NCBI GenBank assembly: GCA_964403645.1
Contig: CAYOGQ010000002.1
Coordinates: forward strand, 1 to 47,264
Origin: an uncultured Ruminococcus sp.
GTDB lineage: Bacteria > Bacillota > Clostridia > Oscillospirales > CAG-382
Reading direction: 5' to 3'
DNA: 47,264 bases
Shown here: piece by piece, positions 24,866-34,246 of the stretch
Layout of the letters: every line of letters starts with the position of its first letter
Position numbering within the stretch: position 1 is the stretch's first letter
Position numbers and translations under genes: made by a program
Notes under the pieces: generated by a model
What the model saw: only the letters and a program-made list of their open reading frames with translations
Database searches by the model: none
What the model was told of the DNA's origin: nothing

Positions 24866-25600
24866 CTATATTTCGCGGCTTCGCCTTTCCGTCGCACGGT
24901 AAAAGCCGGCGGCGATCGCCCCGCCTAAAATCGGCGCGACCACAAAAATCCAGACTTCGGATATCGGCGCGGAATCGCCGCCGATTAGAGCGGTCAGCGA
25001 AGAAGCCAGGCTCCGCGCCGGGTTAATGGCGCCGTTGGTGAAGGAAATTCCCAAAATGCTTGCGGCGCTCAGGGTGAGCCCGGCTGCGATACCTCCCCCG
25101 CCGTGATAGTCGCGCCGCAATATAACGCCCGTCGTGACCAGCACAAACGCGAACGCCAGCACCAGCTCGATTATAAAGGACGCCGCTTTGCCGGACGTAA
25201 CTGACCTGCTTGAAAAATAATTGCCCGTGATGTCAGTGTACCCCGAAAGGTCCCATACGAGCGATAAGAATTCGGTGCCGGCGAAAGCGCCCGCAGCCTG
25301 AGCGATGATATAACCGAAAAAATCCCCGGCGGACATCTCGCCCGCCACGAACACTCCGGCCGAAACCGCCGGATTGAGATGGCAGCCCGAAACCTGCCCC
25401 ATCCAGTAAAACATACCCGTATAAGTCAGCCCGTATGCGAGCGCCGTGAGTATATAGCCGCTCCTGCCGACGCTGGAGGTGCCGAGCGTCATGGCGGTTC
25501 CGCAGCTTATTATGACGAGTACGGCGGTGCCGATAAGCTCGGCGCAGAATTTTTTAAAGCTTTCCAATTTATAATCATTCCTTTCTATTAACTTGAACAT
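24866..25600 (-). CDS. MIP-family channel (aquaporin/glycerol facilitator)
   Basis: Two NPA boxes (HLNPAVS and INPARS) and six hydrophobic helices. The start is uncertain (ATG 25600 or TTG 25624). Confidence 0.9.
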   Translation of the reverse strand: MFKLIERNDYKLESFKKFCAELIGTAVLVIISCGTAMTLGTSSVGRSGYILTALAYGLTYTGMFYWMGQVSGCHLNPAVSAGVFVAGEMSAGDFFGYIIAQAAGAFAGTEFLSLVWDLSGYTDITGNYFSSRSVTSGKAASFIIELVLAFAFVLVTTGVILRRDYHGGGGIAAGLTLSAASILGISFTNGAINPARSLASSLTALIGGDSAPISEVWIFVVAPILGGAIAAGFYRATERRSREI

Positions 25601-25680
25601 AAAATGTTCAACGGTTAACAGCAACGCTTAATGGTTATGGTATTGTTTGCTTTTTAAGGAAAAATATTCGGGTGAAGTTA

Positions 25681-25717
25681 AAATACCGGGCGGCGTTACA
25701 AGCCGCCGCCCGGTATT
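25681..25717 (-). terminator. GC-rich hairpin terminator after the M42 peptidase gene
   Basis: ATACCGGGCGGCG / CGCCGCCCGGTAT stem. ATTTTAACTT follows on the minus strand. Confidence 0.7.
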
Positions 25718-25841
25718 TGGTTTTTAACTATTTTTCGCTTTCTAAAATGTTGTTTAATTTGCCGCTTTATATAATATAAAAAGACGTTTTGTTAAGATGC
25801 TATATCAATGGTTTATGAAAATATAATTTAAGAGGGATAAT

Positions 25842-26900
25842 TCATTCCCCGCATATATACCCTTTGAGCACTTTCAATGTATTAAGCACGCCGTCTTTAT
25901 GCGACCTCTCGTAGCCGTGGGAGGCGTAGACGCCCGCGCCGATTAAGCCGTGGCGGATATCGTAGCCCGCCCTCAGCGTGGCTTCCACGTCAGAGCCGTA
26001 ATACGGATAAACGTCAACCGCGTAATCGGCGTTCTCATGCTTCGCCGCGCGGACGAGCCCCCTGACGACCTCATAGGAATAAGGGCCGCCGCTGTCCTTG
26101 GCGCAGATAGATACCTGCCGTTCGGTGCATTGCAGGCCTTCGCCCACGCAGCCCATATCCACCGAGATCGCCTCCGTGACGCCCTCCGGCACCGAGGCGC
26201 TGCCGCCGTGCCCGACTTCCTCGTACACCGTGACATGGATATACACGCGGCGGGGAAGGACGACATTCTCGTCTTTTACATATTTGGCGAAAGCCAGAAG
26301 GATACCCACGGAGAGCTTGTCGTCGAGGAACCGCGACTTTATATAGCCGCTCTCGGTCACCCTCGTGCGGGGGTCGAAGCAGACGAAATCGCCCACTTCG
26401 ATACCGAGCTTGCGAACGGCGTCGGCATCCTTTGCGTTTTCGTCGAGCAGCACCTCCACATTTGTAAAATTGCGGGCGGCGGAGTCGTAACCGCCATTGA
26501 CGTGTACGGATGCGTTGCAAAGCTGGAGCGTGCCTTCGTACACGCTTTTGCCGTCCGTTTCAAATTTGGCGACGACGCGGCAGTTTTCGGCTTCGGCGTT
26601 GTTGGCGTTCATGCCGCCGATATTGACGATCCGAAGCCTGCCGTTGGGCTTTATCTCCGCGACCATGCCGCCTAAGGTGTCGGCGTGGGCTTCCAAAAGC
26701 AGCGCGCCGCTTGGGTTTTCCCCGCCCAAATCGACCAAAACGCCGCCTTTCGCGGTAACGGCAACGCTATATCCCAATTCTTCAAACTGCTTTACGACAT
26801 ACTTTTGCGCGTTTTCGGTATAACCCGTGGGGCTGTCGATCGCAAGCAGCTCGACGGTTCTGTTTACCGCGTATTCAACGTATTTTTCCATGTCAGTCAC
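25842..26900 (-). CDS. M42 family metallopeptidase (third paralogue)
   Basis: 352 aa with LLLEAHADTLGGMV, FLDDKLSVGILL, VYEEVGHGGS and GAGVYASHGYE motifs. The start overlaps the tetR-like stop. Confidence 0.85.
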   Translation of the reverse strand: MTDMEKYVEYAVNRTVELLAIDSPTGYTENAQKYVVKQFEELGYSVAVTAKGGVLVDLGGENPSGALLLEAHADTLGGMVAEIKPNGRLRIVNIGGMNANNAEAENCRVVAKFETDGKSVYEGTLQLCNASVHVNGGYDSAARNFTNVEVLLDENAKDADAVRKLGIEVGDFVCFDPRTRVTESGYIKSRFLDDKLSVGILLAFAKYVKDENVVLPRRVYIHVTVYEEVGHGGSASVPEGVTEAISVDMGCVGEGLQCTERQVSICAKDSGGPYSYEVVRGLVRAAKHENADYAVDVYPYYGSDVEATLRAGYDIRHGLIGAGVYASHGYERSHKDGVLNTLKVLKGYICGE

Positions 26901-27468
26901 CGATGCTTTCTTTTAGTATATTATTTGTGTTGTTGACGTTCATTGAATATAAAAATTTGCCGAAGCGACGCGGCGAGTAGCGCGCGTCCCCTTCGTTTAA
27001 CCACTTTTTGACCACGCCGACGCAGCCGGCCAGGGTGTAGGTGTAGATATAGTCGTCCAGCGAGCTGTTATGGGAGGGATTGATTTTCCACACCGCAAAA
27101 ACGCGTTCGCGCACCACGCCGCCGACCTTTTCTTCAAAACGCATATCGCCGTTTGGCCCGAGCAGGGTGTTGCAAAGCTCGCGGTTTTCGAGGATATACC
27201 CGAGCAGGCTCTCCATGACGCTTTCCGGAGCGGCGTTCTTCGCCAGGCTGTCGAGATAGGCGTTAATGCCGTCGATAAACTCCATCTCTATCCGGTGAAG
27301 CTGGTCATATTGGTCCTTGTAATGGGAATAATAAGTCGCGCGGTTGATGTCCGCTTCTTCGCATATGGCTTTTATGGATATGCGCGAAACGGGCTTTTCT
27401 TTCATCAATTTTATAAGACTTTCTTTAAGCACCATTTTGGTGTACTTTACTCTTCTGTCGGTAGTCAT
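26893..27468 (-). CDS. TetR/AcrR family transcriptional regulator
   Basis: 191 aa. The N-terminal HTH is ISIKAICEEADINRATYYSHYKDQYDQL. It is divergent from the MMPL transporter gene. Confidence 0.9.
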   Translation of the reverse strand: MTTDRRVKYTKMVLKESLIKLMKEKPVSRISIKAICEEADINRATYYSHYKDQYDQLHRIEMEFIDGINAYLDSLAKNAAPESVMESLLGYILENRELCNTLLGPNGDMRFEEKVGGVVRERVFAVWKINPSHNSSLDDYIYTYTLAGCVGVVKKWLNEGDARYSPRRFGKFLYSMNVNNTNNILKESIGD

Positions 27469-27606
27469 TTGGCGGTTTTTCCTTTCCGAACTAATTTATG
27501 GCTTAATGACGCTTTTGTTTTTAAAATGTTTACAATTATATTTGACGCTTTTTATACATTTTTTACAAAAACGCTTTGTATCTCTCACAAGATAAAAAGC
27601 TGACGG

Positions 27607-27635
27607 TTGCCTACTTGTCATGATGTTATTATACT
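27607..27635 (+). promoter_or_regulatory. Sigma-A type promoter (TTGCCT, 17 nt, TATACT) for the MMPL gene
   Basis: -35 at 27607-27612 and -10 at 27630-27635. It overlaps one arm of the inverted repeat CATGATGTT (27619-27627) / AACATCATG (27655-27663). Confidence 0.55.
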
Positions 27636-27703
27636 GTTATCGTGGTTGATTGTCAACATCATGTATAATAAATAATCATATCACGGATAAAATCGGGGAG
27701 GTC

Positions 27704-30037
27704 ATGGCTTTTATGGAAAAGTTCGCGTTAGCAGTATTCGTTGTCCGTAAAAAAACGGCATTGTTTATTTTATTTGCCGTCGTTCTGACAGCCGCGGCGG
27801 TTTGCATACCGTTCACCTCGTTTAATTACGACGAAACCCTGTACCTCCCCGCTTCTTCCGGTACCAAGGCAGGGCTTTTGGTCATGGAAGCGGAGTTCGA
27901 CGGGGGCGGCAACGCGATCGCCATGCTCAAGGGCAAAAATATTGAGGAGATATTGTCTGTAAAAACGCAAATTGCCGCGACCGGCGGGGTCAGGGGCGCG
28001 TTTTGGCTTGACGACATTCTTCTGCCGCTGACGGCGGACGACGCGGGTTGGCTTACCGACGCCCAAAAAATCGAATATTTTACACGCGCCGTCAGGGTTA
28101 TCCCAAAAAGCGAAACCGCCACCGTGTTCCATTTATACGCCGCATTGCAAAACGAGTTCGACAAAAACGAGCTGCCCGCGGTTATTTCGCTGATGAACGT
28201 TCTGGCGGGCGATTATTTAGACGCAAGCGACGAGATCTCCCCGACGAAACCGCTCGGCGGCGAATACGCGCTTGCCGTATCTTCGCTCGCGGAACAAATC
28301 GCACTCTTTTACAAGGACGGCGACGCGCTGATGACGATATCCTTCGACGAAAGCGACTATTCCCCTTTGACCTACAAAGCGCTGGGCGAGATCGAGAAGT
28401 TTTCGGGCGACCTTTATTTGTCGGGCAACTCCGCGTCGGCGTATTATGCGCAACAAAACCAACTGGGCGAAATAATCAATGCGACGCTTTTGGCGGCGGT
28501 TATCGCCCTTGCCGTTTTGTTCCTGTTCAGTTCGTCGTGGTTCGATCCCGTCGTTTATATAATTTCCATCGCGGCGGCAATGATTTTAAACATGGGCACC
28601 AACATTTTTATCGGTAATGTCTCCTATCTGACAGGAAGCGTCGCCTGCGTGCTTCAATTGGCGCTTTCGATTGACTACTCCGTATTTTTATTAAACCGCT
28701 ATAAAAAAGAGCGTAAAACGGGCAAAGAAGCGGGACCCGCCATGGTCGAAGCTTTAAAACGCTCTTTTGCCCCCATCTCCGCCAGCTCGCTCACCACGAT
28801 CGCTAGCTTTATCACCATAATGTTCATGAAATACCGCCTCGGCTTGGACATGGGGCTGGTAATGGCGAAAGCCATTTTGATGAGCCTTGTCACCGCTTTT
28901 CTGCTCCTGCCGGGCGTTATAGTCGCCCTCGATAAAAAAATTGCCGCCGCGGAGCATAAGACCTTCAATTTTTCGGTAAAACGCTTGTCCCGGTATATTT
29001 ATAAATTCCGTTGGGGTTTAGCTTTACTCGCGGCGGCTTTGATTATCCCCGCCGCGTTTTTAGCCGGTCGCAATACCTTCGTTTACGGTTCCCAGTCCAT
29101 GCAAAGCCCCGACAGCAAGGGAATTTTAAATCGTGAACTTATCGAAAAAACCTTCGGCAGCCAGGAGACGCTCGCGCTGCTGGTGCCCAAGGACGCCAAT
29201 AAGGAGTTATCGCTATCGCTTGCGTTAGCGCAAACCGACGGCGTGGAAAGCGTAACGTCGTCGGCGCTTCTGGCTGCGGGCGGCTACGGCGCGCATATCC
29301 CGGAACCGTTAAAATCTCAGCTCGTCGGCGCGAAAGATTATAACCGCGTCGTGCTTAATCTCGGCTGCGAGGAGGAGGGCGAAACGGCGAAAGCGCTGAT
29401 TTCGGAAATACGGAATAAAATCGAAAATGTTTACGGCAGCAGCGGAGCGAAATATTATCTCCTCGGCAACACCGCCGCCGCCATCGACATGGAGGACAAC
29501 ACCAAAGCCGATTTTGACCGGATTTCGCTGTTTTCGCTTTTGGCGGTGGGGTTGATTGTTGCGTTTACGTTCCGTTCGGCGCTTATACCGATAATACTCG
29601 TGGCGGCGATACAAGGTTCGGTTTGGCTGAACATGGCTGTTCCCTATCTGCTCGGAGATAAAATGATCTTCCTCGGTTATATGATAATCACCAACATCCT
29701 GTTGGGGGCGACCATAGATTACGCCATACTTTTGACTTCCAACTACAATGAAAGCCTGGAGAAGTTCGGCGCCGCGGATTCCGTCCGCGAAGCCCTCGCC
29801 GCTTCGCTGCGCCCCATGCTCACCTCAGGCGGGATATTCACTTTGGGCGGGTTGATACTCGGGTTTACCAGCTCCTTCCCGACGGTGCAGATGCTCGGGT
29901 ATTCCATAATGAGAGGCGGGATAAGCGCGGTCGCCGTGACGGTGTTTGTGTTGCCGGCGCTGCTTGCCATATTTGATAAACCCATACGCTTTTTAAAAAA
30001 CTCGAAAACGAAAACAAACGACAATATAATAAGGTAA
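27704..30037 (+). CDS. MMPL/RND-superfamily membrane transporter
   Basis: The ATG at 27704 follows GGGGAGG. There are two repeated halves, each with a large loop and a 5-6 helix bundle (SIDYSVFLLNRYKKER and TIDYAILLTSNYNE motifs). Confidence 0.85.
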   Translation: MAFMEKFALAVFVVRKKTALFILFAVVLTAAAVCIPFTSFNYDETLYLPASSGTKAGLLVMEAEFDGGGNAIAMLKGKNIEEILSVKTQIAATGGVRGAFWLDDILLPLTADDAGWLTDAQKIEYFTRAVRVIPKSETATVFHLYAALQNEFDKNELPAVISLMNVLAGDYLDASDEISPTKPLGGEYALAVSSLAEQIALFYKDGDALMTISFDESDYSPLTYKALGEIEKFSGDLYLSGNSASAYYAQQNQLGEIINATLLAAVIALAVLFLFSSSWFDPVVYIISIAAAMILNMGTNIFIGNVSYLTGSVACVLQLALSIDYSVFLLNRYKKERKTGKEAGPAMVEALKRSFAPISASSLTTIASFITIMFMKYRLGLDMGLVMAKAILMSLVTAFLLLPGVIVALDKKIAAAEHKTFNFSVKRLSRYIYKFRWGLALLAAALIIPAAFLAGRNTFVYGSQSMQSPDSKGILNRELIEKTFGSQETLALLVPKDANKELSLSLALAQTDGVESVTSSALLAAGGYGAHIPEPLKSQLVGAKDYNRVVLNLGCEEEGETAKALISEIRNKIENVYGSSGAKYYLLGNTAAAIDMEDNTKADFDRISLFSLLAVGLIVAFTFRSALIPIILVAAIQGSVWLNMAVPYLLGDKMIFLGYMIITNILLGATIDYAILLTSNYNESLEKFGAADSVREALAASLRPMLTSGGIFTLGGLILGFTSSFPTVQMLGYSIMRGGISAVAVTVFVLPALLAIFDKPIRFLKNSKTKTNDNIIR

Positions 30038-30046
30038 AAAAAGAAT

Positions 30047-30081
30047 GCCGCAGGTTTTATAAACAAACCTGCGGCTGTTTT
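30047..30081 (+). terminator. Rho-independent terminator of the MMPL gene
   Basis: GCCGCAGGTTT / AAACCTGCGGC stem followed by TGTTTT. Confidence 0.85.
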
Positions 30082-30203
30082 AAAGTGTTTAAAACACAAA
30101 TATTATGTAAACCGACCGATATGAATGAATTGGTATTTTTAAGAGCGGATATCATCCGCCCGCACGGACACATTGGTTATAAACATCGTTTTATTTAAAA
30201 TCA

Positions 30204-30593
30204 TCAGCCGTCCCAGCCGTACTTGATGATAAAATAGATCACGTATATCCAGTTTAAAATACCGTGAAGCACCGCCCAGCCGATGGAATGCCATTTAACG
30301 TACGATATCACCACCGCCAACGCGACGCCTATCCCAAGCCCCGCTTTGGAGCCGTTACGCGTTCCCGTGTTAATATATATTTCCCCTTTCTTTTTTTCGC
30401 CGTAAATTAATTCTTCCATTGTGACTTTAAGATAATCGGCGATTTTTTGCAGAGTGTCGATATCCGGTTCGGTTTTTCCGTTTTCCCAATTTGAAATCGC
30501 CTGCCGCGTAACAAAAAGAGCCTGCGCCATTTCGTCCTGGGTAACTTTTTTCTTTTCACGGAATTTTTTTATATTTTTGCCCACTTGATTCAT
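30204..30593 (-). CDS. XRE-family HTH protein with C-terminal membrane segments
   Basis: The ATG at 30593 follows AGGAGG. HTH is VTQDEMAQALFVTRQAISNWENGKTEP. Two C-terminal hydrophobic helices. Confidence 0.8.
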   Translation of the reverse strand: MNQVGKNIKKFREKKKVTQDEMAQALFVTRQAISNWENGKTEPDIDTLQKIADYLKVTMEELIYGEKKKGEIYINTGTRNGSKAGLGIGVALAVVISYVKWHSIGWAVLHGILNWIYVIYFIIKYGWDG

Positions 30594-30698
30594 TTTAGCT
30601 CGCCTCCTTTGATTAATAATAAACCTTTTCCATAAAAAAGGCAAGCAACAAAACGTTGCATGCCCTTTTTTTAGTCATTTTTAGCGTTAAAACCAATT

Positions 30699-31925
30699 TT
30701 ATTTGTCGAGCGAAAAAATCCCTGTACAAGTGCATGCTTCGTCGCGGTTTTGCCATGCCCCATCCGTAAAGTCGGGGATCGCCACGGGCGTGCTGCCGTG
30801 CGAAACGGATTCGGCGGAGAGGGGGGTTATCGCCATCCACGCGGCGGTGTCATAGGTGTCGATGGGAGGAGGGTTCCCCGTTTTTACGTATTCAAAAAAT
30901 CCCTCGTAAACCAGCCAGTCCATGCCGCCGTGACCGCCGGTGTATTTTTTTATACTGTCATCTTTCCATAAAGGGTGATCGTATTTGCCGAAAAATTCGT
31001 TTTTATTGTTGTAATAGCCTTTGCCCCACTCACCGCAGATGCCTTCGAGGTACACGCCGTCGCCGTCTTCAAAATACATTCCATCGGTGCCCCTGACGGT
31101 GAAACCCCGCGAATAGCAACGCGGCAGGGTGGTGTCGAGAGTGAGGGCGATGGTCTCGCCGCCGGCGCATTTGATGAGCGTCTTGACGATATCGCCCTGC
31201 TTATAGGGGTAATTTTGCAGTTCGGGATTGACATTTTCATGCTTTTTGGCATAGTCGTTTAATCCCCACGAACCCGATGCCATGGAGACGAGGTATTCGA
31301 AGCGATTGCCGCGGTTGATGTTTAATATTTTGGCGATAGGACCCAGCGCATGGGTGGGGTAATTGTCCGTGTTGCGCGACTTATAATTACGAAGTCTGTA
31401 ATGGCGGTTTTCCTCGCCGAAGGATATTTCCTCCCGCAGATCGTGGTGGTAACCGCCCTCGCAGTGGACGACCTTGCCCAAAACCCCTTGGCGTACCATG
31501 TTCAGCACCATCAGCTCTTCCCTGTTAAAGCAGCAGTTTTCCGCCATCATGCAATGGATACCGGTCTTTTTGTAGGTTTCCGCAAGCTTGAAGCAGTCGG
31601 CGATATCGTAAGCCCCGCCCACTTCCATGCACACCGGTTTCCCGGCTTCCATGGCGGCGACCGACACGGGTATATGCGACTCCCAAGCGGTGCAGTTGAT
31701 TATGACGTCCACATCCCGCGAAGCGACGACTTCCCGCCAGTCGGCGGCGGCGACGGGCGTATGCCCCTGCTTTTTTATGACCGTGTCCCGCGCTTTTTCC
31801 GCTCTGTCGGGGTATTCGTCGCAGACATAGGTCACCCTGACGTCGCCCCTTTCACAGAGGATGTCTTTTAACGTCCAGAACCCGCGCTTCCCCAAGCCTA
31901 TTATCCCTATGTTGTGTTTTTCCAT
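30699..31925 (-). CDS. Gfo/Idh/MocA-family NAD-binding enzyme, GH109-like (candidate NAD-dependent glycosidase)
   Basis: The ATG at 31925 gives MEKHNIGIIGLGKRG (Rossmann GxGxxG). The C-terminal GGHGGMDW...YDTAAW...PLSAESV...IPDFTDGAW resembles the GH109 signature as I recall it. No signal peptide. The listed 32126 start overlaps the upstream gene. Confidence 0.65.
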   Translation of the reverse strand: MEKHNIGIIGLGKRGFWTLKDILCERGDVRVTYVCDEYPDRAEKARDTVIKKQGHTPVAAADWREVVASRDVDVIINCTAWESHIPVSVAAMEAGKPVCMEVGGAYDIADCFKLAETYKKTGIHCMMAENCCFNREELMVLNMVRQGVLGKVVHCEGGYHHDLREEISFGEENRHYRLRNYKSRNTDNYPTHALGPIAKILNINRGNRFEYLVSMASGSWGLNDYAKKHENVNPELQNYPYKQGDIVKTLIKCAGGETIALTLDTTLPRCYSRGFTVRGTDGMYFEDGDGVYLEGICGEWGKGYYNNKNEFFGKYDHPLWKDDSIKKYTGGHGGMDWLVYEGFFEYVKTGNPPPIDTYDTAAWMAITPLSAESVSHGSTPVAIPDFTDGAWQNRDEACTCTGIFSLDK

Positions 31926-31944
31926 TTTTATGTCCTTATAAATA

Positions 31945-32736
31945 TTAATCCGTGTAATCGGGCAGCTCCGCTCCGCCGAGTCTGAACGCCACGCATTCGT
32001 AGTCGATACCGCCGTTTTCGCCCTCAGCGGGGGATGAGCAGGTATATTTAAGGCATATTCCGGCGGCTTTGTCGATATAAAATTCCATATCGGTCGAGGC
32101 GTGGCGGGCGGAGGCATCCAGGACATATCTGCCGCATACCCTTCCGCAGACCACGGCGTCGCCGGCGCTCACAAGGTCCTCCTCTTTGGCGTCGTTGAAA
32201 AACATATACAACGCCGCGGTGGCGGATTTGTCGACATCCTCCGCCGATATGACCACACCAGGTATTTTTCTAAACAGCCCCGTCAACTCGTCCTTGGAAC
32301 ATATCGAATAGCCTTCGCCGTTTTTAACATACATATATTCCATGCTGCCGGTATTTATATAATAACCGCCGCCGTTTCGCGCGATGGTGACTTCGGCGGT
32401 TTTGGCATCTGCGTCTTCGTAATAATATGTAATTTTGTATGTTATCGAATAATCTTCGCCGATTTTTTCGGTGACATAATCCGCGTTATAGACATAAACG
32501 TCGGTTACGCCGGAGATTTCGCTTGTTTCCGATTCATCGGGCATGCTTTCGGCATCGGATTCTTCCGGGCTTTCGGCGCCGGATTCATCCGGATTTTCGG
32601 CGCTTTCGGACGATATGTCGTACTCATGCGAAACCCCGCTTTCGTAAGATTCGGATATAACGGGTGTTATATCTTTGCAGCCGTTAAAAGTGATCAGCAA
32701 AACAACGCACAAAAAAAATAAATATATATTTTTCAT
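31945..32736 (-). CDS. Hypothetical lipoprotein with an acidic linker
   Basis: MKNIYLFFLCVVLLITFNGC lipobox, a D/E/S-rich linker and then a domain of about 190 aa. No recognisable family. Confidence 0.6.
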   Translation of the reverse strand: MKNIYLFFLCVVLLITFNGCKDITPVISESYESGVSHEYDISSESAENPDESGAESPEESDAESMPDESETSEISGVTDVYVYNADYVTEKIGEDYSITYKITYYYEDADAKTAEVTIARNGGGYYINTGSMEYMYVKNGEGYSICSKDELTGLFRKIPGVVISAEDVDKSATAALYMFFNDAKEEDLVSAGDAVVCGRVCGRYVLDASARHASTDMEFYIDKAAGICLKYTCSSPAEGENGGIDYECVAFRLGGAELPDYTD

Positions 32737-32771
32737 AATGAAATTCCTCAAAAATTAAACAACGCGGTGAT

Positions 32772-32809
32772 GCCCGCCGTGAACGTTAATCATCCGGCGC
32801 ACGGCGGGC
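32772..32809 (-). promoter_or_regulatory. GC-rich hairpin in the 5' leader of the lipoprotein/GH109-like operon
   Basis: GCCCGCCGTG / CACGGCGGGC 10-bp stem with an 18-nt loop. It lies between the promoter at 32859-32887 and the ATG at 32736. Confidence 0.45.
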
Positions 32810-32858
32810 GGGGCAGCCGCTTTGGCGCGCATTCCGAGCATTCGTATTAATATAAACC

Positions 32859-32887
32859 ATAATACCATTAATTTCGATAAAATTCAA
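32859..32887 (-). promoter_or_regulatory. Sigma-A type promoter (TTGAAT, 17 nt, TGgTATTAT)
   Basis: On the minus strand, -35 is at 32887-32882 and -10 at 32864-32859. Confidence 0.7.
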
Positions 32888-32950
32888 TACGGTTGTTGAA
32901 ATTTATCGTCGGCGCGCTTTTTGTTTCATTTTAGGTTAAAACGGTGAATT

Positions 32951-33190
32951 TTAATTGTCCGGCCTCAGGCTCGCTATCACGAACAATATCAAGTCGTCCA
33001 GCGTGGGCTTTTCGCTTTCGCGGTTTATTTGCCGCCAAAAATCCTGCACGTCGGGGTCCGGGCAGCCGAAACCGATTTCGAGAGCGTTTTCGATTTCCGT
33101 TTTCACGTCCTGGGCCGTGGTGCCGTTCTCTTTTGCTATTTTGCCGTAAATTTTATCGATATTAAAATTTAAATCCATACTTTTGCTCAT
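32951..33190 (-). CDS. Small stand-alone Spo0A C-terminal-domain-like protein
   Basis: 79 aa. IAKENGTTAQDVKTEIENALEIGF...KPTLDDLILFVIASLR aligns by eye with the Spo0A segment [24 protein letters not shown]...KPTNSEFIAMVADKLR. GGAGG RBS. Confidence 0.6.
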   Translation of the reverse strand: MSKSMDLNFNIDKIYGKIAKENGTTAQDVKTEIENALEIGFGCPDPDVQDFWRQINRESEKPTLDDLILFVIASLRPDN

Positions 33191-33390
33191 GTCATTTTTA
33201 CCTCCTTCCGGTATATTGCATGACTCCTTGCGTTTTTGCCGTCGGACAAATATAGCATACAGCCGTTGTCGAAAATTGTCTGACTATAAGGTAAAAAACG
33301 ACAGTTAGCAAAATTTTGCAAATTCTTCACGATTTGGATATATTGCTAAATATAGGGTATTTAAACAATGCCAGCATAGCTCTTCGGGGG

Positions 33391-33440
33391 CATATATAAT
33401 AACACTTAAAACGCGGGGTTCATTCCGCATTTTAAGTGTT
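33391..33440 (-). terminator. Hairpin terminator after the SurA_N-like gene
   Basis: AACACTTAAAA.GCGG / CCGC.TTTTAAGTGTT stem 26 nt after the stop. A/T-rich tail. Confidence 0.6.
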
Positions 33441-33463
33441 ATATAGTTTTTATTTATCAATAA

Positions 33464-34102
33464 TTATTTGATTTTATCTACAACTTTTTGATAAATGACG
33501 ATATCGGCTTTGGCCTTCAATTCGTCGGTATAACTTTCGATCATTTCCTGGATTTTTTCGGCGTCGGTTTCGTTGCCGATAATTTGTTTTTCTAATCTTG
33601 ACCTCGTTAAAAATGATCGGTAGCTGTCTATCACATCCTTGTCGTTAAAATATTCTTCGATAGTCATGCCGTTGATTTTCAGCATTTCAAGAAATATCTT
33701 GGCGTTTTCATCCTGTTTCGAAACGTCCGCTTTATTGACTTCATTAAAAATGGTAATCTGGTATTGTATTAAATTGTTCAAATCCTCGTCGCTGACGGTT
33801 ATTCCTCTTTTTGCGGCTTCCTGATTGAATAATTTTTGTTTAATAAGGTAATCCAAACACTCGTCGTTTGTAAGGGAAGGCGTAAATTTTTTCATATTCA
33901 CAATATTTGAAATATTCACCTTTTCTCCGTTAACGGTTGCCACCGTTTCCGTGTTTTCAACTATATCGCCCTTAAAAAGCTTGGCAAAGTATTCCGAAAT
34001 CGACATATCCTCGTTAGCCGCTCCGACAACCGCGATTACAAACAACGCCGCGATTGCGATTATCAAAAACAACGATGTCGATATAATAATTGTTTTTTTC
34101 AT
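33464..34102 (-). CDS. Membrane-anchored SurA N-terminal-domain-like chaperone (PrsA/SurA-related, no PPIase domain)
   Basis: 212 aa with an N-terminal TM. ATVNGEKVNISNI...LDYLIKQKLFNQEAAKRGITVSDEDL is typical of SurA_N-type domains. Confidence 0.6.
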   Translation of the reverse strand: MKKTIIISTSLFLIIAIAALFVIAVVGAANEDMSISEYFAKLFKGDIVENTETVATVNGEKVNISNIVNMKKFTPSLTNDECLDYLIKQKLFNQEAAKRGITVSDEDLNNLIQYQITIFNEVNKADVSKQDENAKIFLEMLKINGMTIEEYFNDKDVIDSYRSFLTRSRLEKQIIGNETDAEKIQEMIESYTDELKAKADIVIYQKVVDKIK

Positions 34103-34246
34103 GCTTAAATAACCTTCCTTATCACTATTATGGAACTATTTCTTTAAAGGAACATAGTTTAATCAGCGTTTCGTATGTATTTAATTCATCCGGAACTCTT
34201 ATTGAAATCCAAGAATAATCATATTTTTATGTTTATTCTTTATTAA

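Noticed and set aside
24552-25600. Aquaporin followed by FeoA without FeoB, as a possible novel pairing.
   Set aside because: Orphan FeoA-domain genes are common, the two genes are separated by a gap with a separate RBS, and nothing else in the sequence supports a functional link.
33325-33440. A plus-strand TTGCAA-17-TATATT promoter-like match followed by a hairpin (possible antisense sRNA of about 90 nt).
   Set aside because: The hairpin is more simply the terminator of the minus-strand SurA_N-like gene, 26 nt from its stop. The promoter match is in AT-rich DNA where such matches are frequent. It would be worth a look only if RNA-seq shows a plus-strand transcript.
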